This document shows positions 19,976-20,000 of a stretch of 20,000 nt of DNA, in pieces. This DNA comes from Catajapyx aquilonaris (lineage: Eukaryota): contig KZ538430.1 in NCBI GenBank assembly GCA_000934665.2, positions 50,952 through 70,951 on the forward strand, written 5' to 3'. The first letter of the stretch is position 1. Each line of letters starts with the position of its first letter. The notes under the pieces are model-generated. The model was not told the DNA's origin. It worked only from the letters and a program-made list of their open reading frames with translations, and made no database searches. A program made the position numbers and the translations under genes.

Positions 19976-20000
19976 GATGATGATGATGATGATAATAATA
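19976..20000. repeat. (GAT)n(AAT)n microsatellite at the window edge
   Basis: Directly visible; possibly the tail of a minus-strand SINE beyond the window. Confidence 0.8.

Overview
This is AT-rich, repeat-dense animal genomic DNA with no intact long ORF; mariner remnants and tRNA-derived SINEs suggest an arthropod, but that is inference. Nearly all ORFs in the supplied track are by-products of repeats. The left 7.8 kb looks like the 5' end of a minus-strand host gene, with two candidate ATG-bearing first exons (7826-7837 and 7312-7497) that both splice in phase 0 to an exon at 1-48. Its intron holds SINEs, a non-autonomous Transib-like element with RSS-type CACAGTG ends and a 5-bp TSD (2066-3628), mariner fragments and a four-layer nest of SINE > SINE > hAT MITE > MITE. 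The right part holds a 2.7-kb Academ-like foldback element with inverted arrays of alternating ~150-bp monomers (9394-12069), a palindromic MITE, a (TG)n-embedded element, CACTA-like elements, satellites and a BED-finger relic. The most notable non-coding signal is an intact minimal type I hammerhead ribozyme core (17385-17416) just downstream of a strong 3' splice site. All calls were made by eye, without database searches.
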